IMG/VR virus record: IMGVR_UViG_3300006155_000234
Source: a virus
Taxonomy: Duplodnaviria; Heunggongvirae; Uroviricota; Caudoviricetes
Strand: one strand, 5' to 3'
Length of the DNA: 64,000 bases
Shown: positions 63,879 through 64,000 of the stretch, piece after piece
Numbering within the stretch: position 1 is the stretch's first letter
How the letters are laid out: each line of letters begins with the position of its first letter
The notes under the pieces: generated by a model
Databases searched by the model: none
Seen by the model: the letters and a program-made list of their open reading frames with translations, nothing else
Told to the model about the DNA's origin: nothing
Made by a program: the position numbers and the translations under genes

Positions 63879-64000
63879 ACAAGAAATGATTAAATTGAGT
63901 GAGATTTTTGGAATATATGAAAGCGATAAGGAATTAAAAATAATTAAGACAGAACCTTATATAGTAAGGGTAAAACAACAAGAGTTTAAGGAGTTTTGTA
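63871..64000 (+). CDS. Partial ORF running off the window end (MIKQEMIKLSE...)
   Basis: GAGGAGG RBS; open to base 64000. Confidence 0.55.
   Translation, partial: MIKQEMIKLSEIFGIYESDKELKIIKTEPYIVRVKQQEFKEFC

Noticed and set aside
1-64000. tRNA/rRNA genes, integrase, stop-codon reassignment
   Set aside because: No cloverleaf or T-loop signatures were seen in intergenic DNA, no recombinase motifs were found, and conserved genes read through intact in the standard bacterial code apart from the single dnaX frameshift.

Overview
The window is a very AT-rich (roughly one quarter G+C by eye, not computed), gene-dense segment of a large tailed dsDNA phage. The host is probably a low-GC Firmicute/Clostridia, judging from AGGAGG ribosome-binding sites, sigmaA-type promoters, SpoVG and a YneA-like LysM gene. 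Bases 1-3.0 kb are on the minus strand (SF2 helicase, DUF5662/HD-like protein, secreted papain-like protease); everything from 3.1 kb onward is on the plus strand. It encodes a near-complete bacterial-style replisome: DnaB, a DnaC-like loader, DnaG, SSB, a family-A polymerase, a beta-clamp-like protein, DnaX/delta'/delta-like clamp loader subunits and a 5'-3' exonuclease. It also carries recombination and repair genes (SbcD, SbcC, RecA, two resolvase-like nucleases, DinG, SNF2), chaperones (GroES, GroEL, Hsp20), dUTPase, MetK, a PLP enzyme, one clear and one possible sigma factor, and an orphan MazF. No tRNA, rRNA, CRISPR array, integrase or reverse transcriptase was seen. The most unusual signals are: (1) two tandem paralogous SPPY-type DNA methyltransferases that differ mainly in a linker of about 13 versus about 2 imperfect Ser/Thr/Ala repeats; (2) six unrelated proteins, including both methyltransferases, ending in an N-x-L-F-type tail resembling a sliding-clamp binding motif, which suggests clamp-tethered, replication-coupled DNA modification possibly fed by the phage MetK and PLP enzyme; (3) a roughly 450-nt non-coding unit at 56.5-57.0 kb made of repeated stem-loops with compensatory base changes, bracketed by a phage promoter motif and a terminator; (4) two families of repeated promoters; (5) a one-base frameshift in dnaX; and (6) a 20-bp inverted repeat bracketing the Hsp20 gene. 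All protein family calls are from motif recognition by eye, without database searches.
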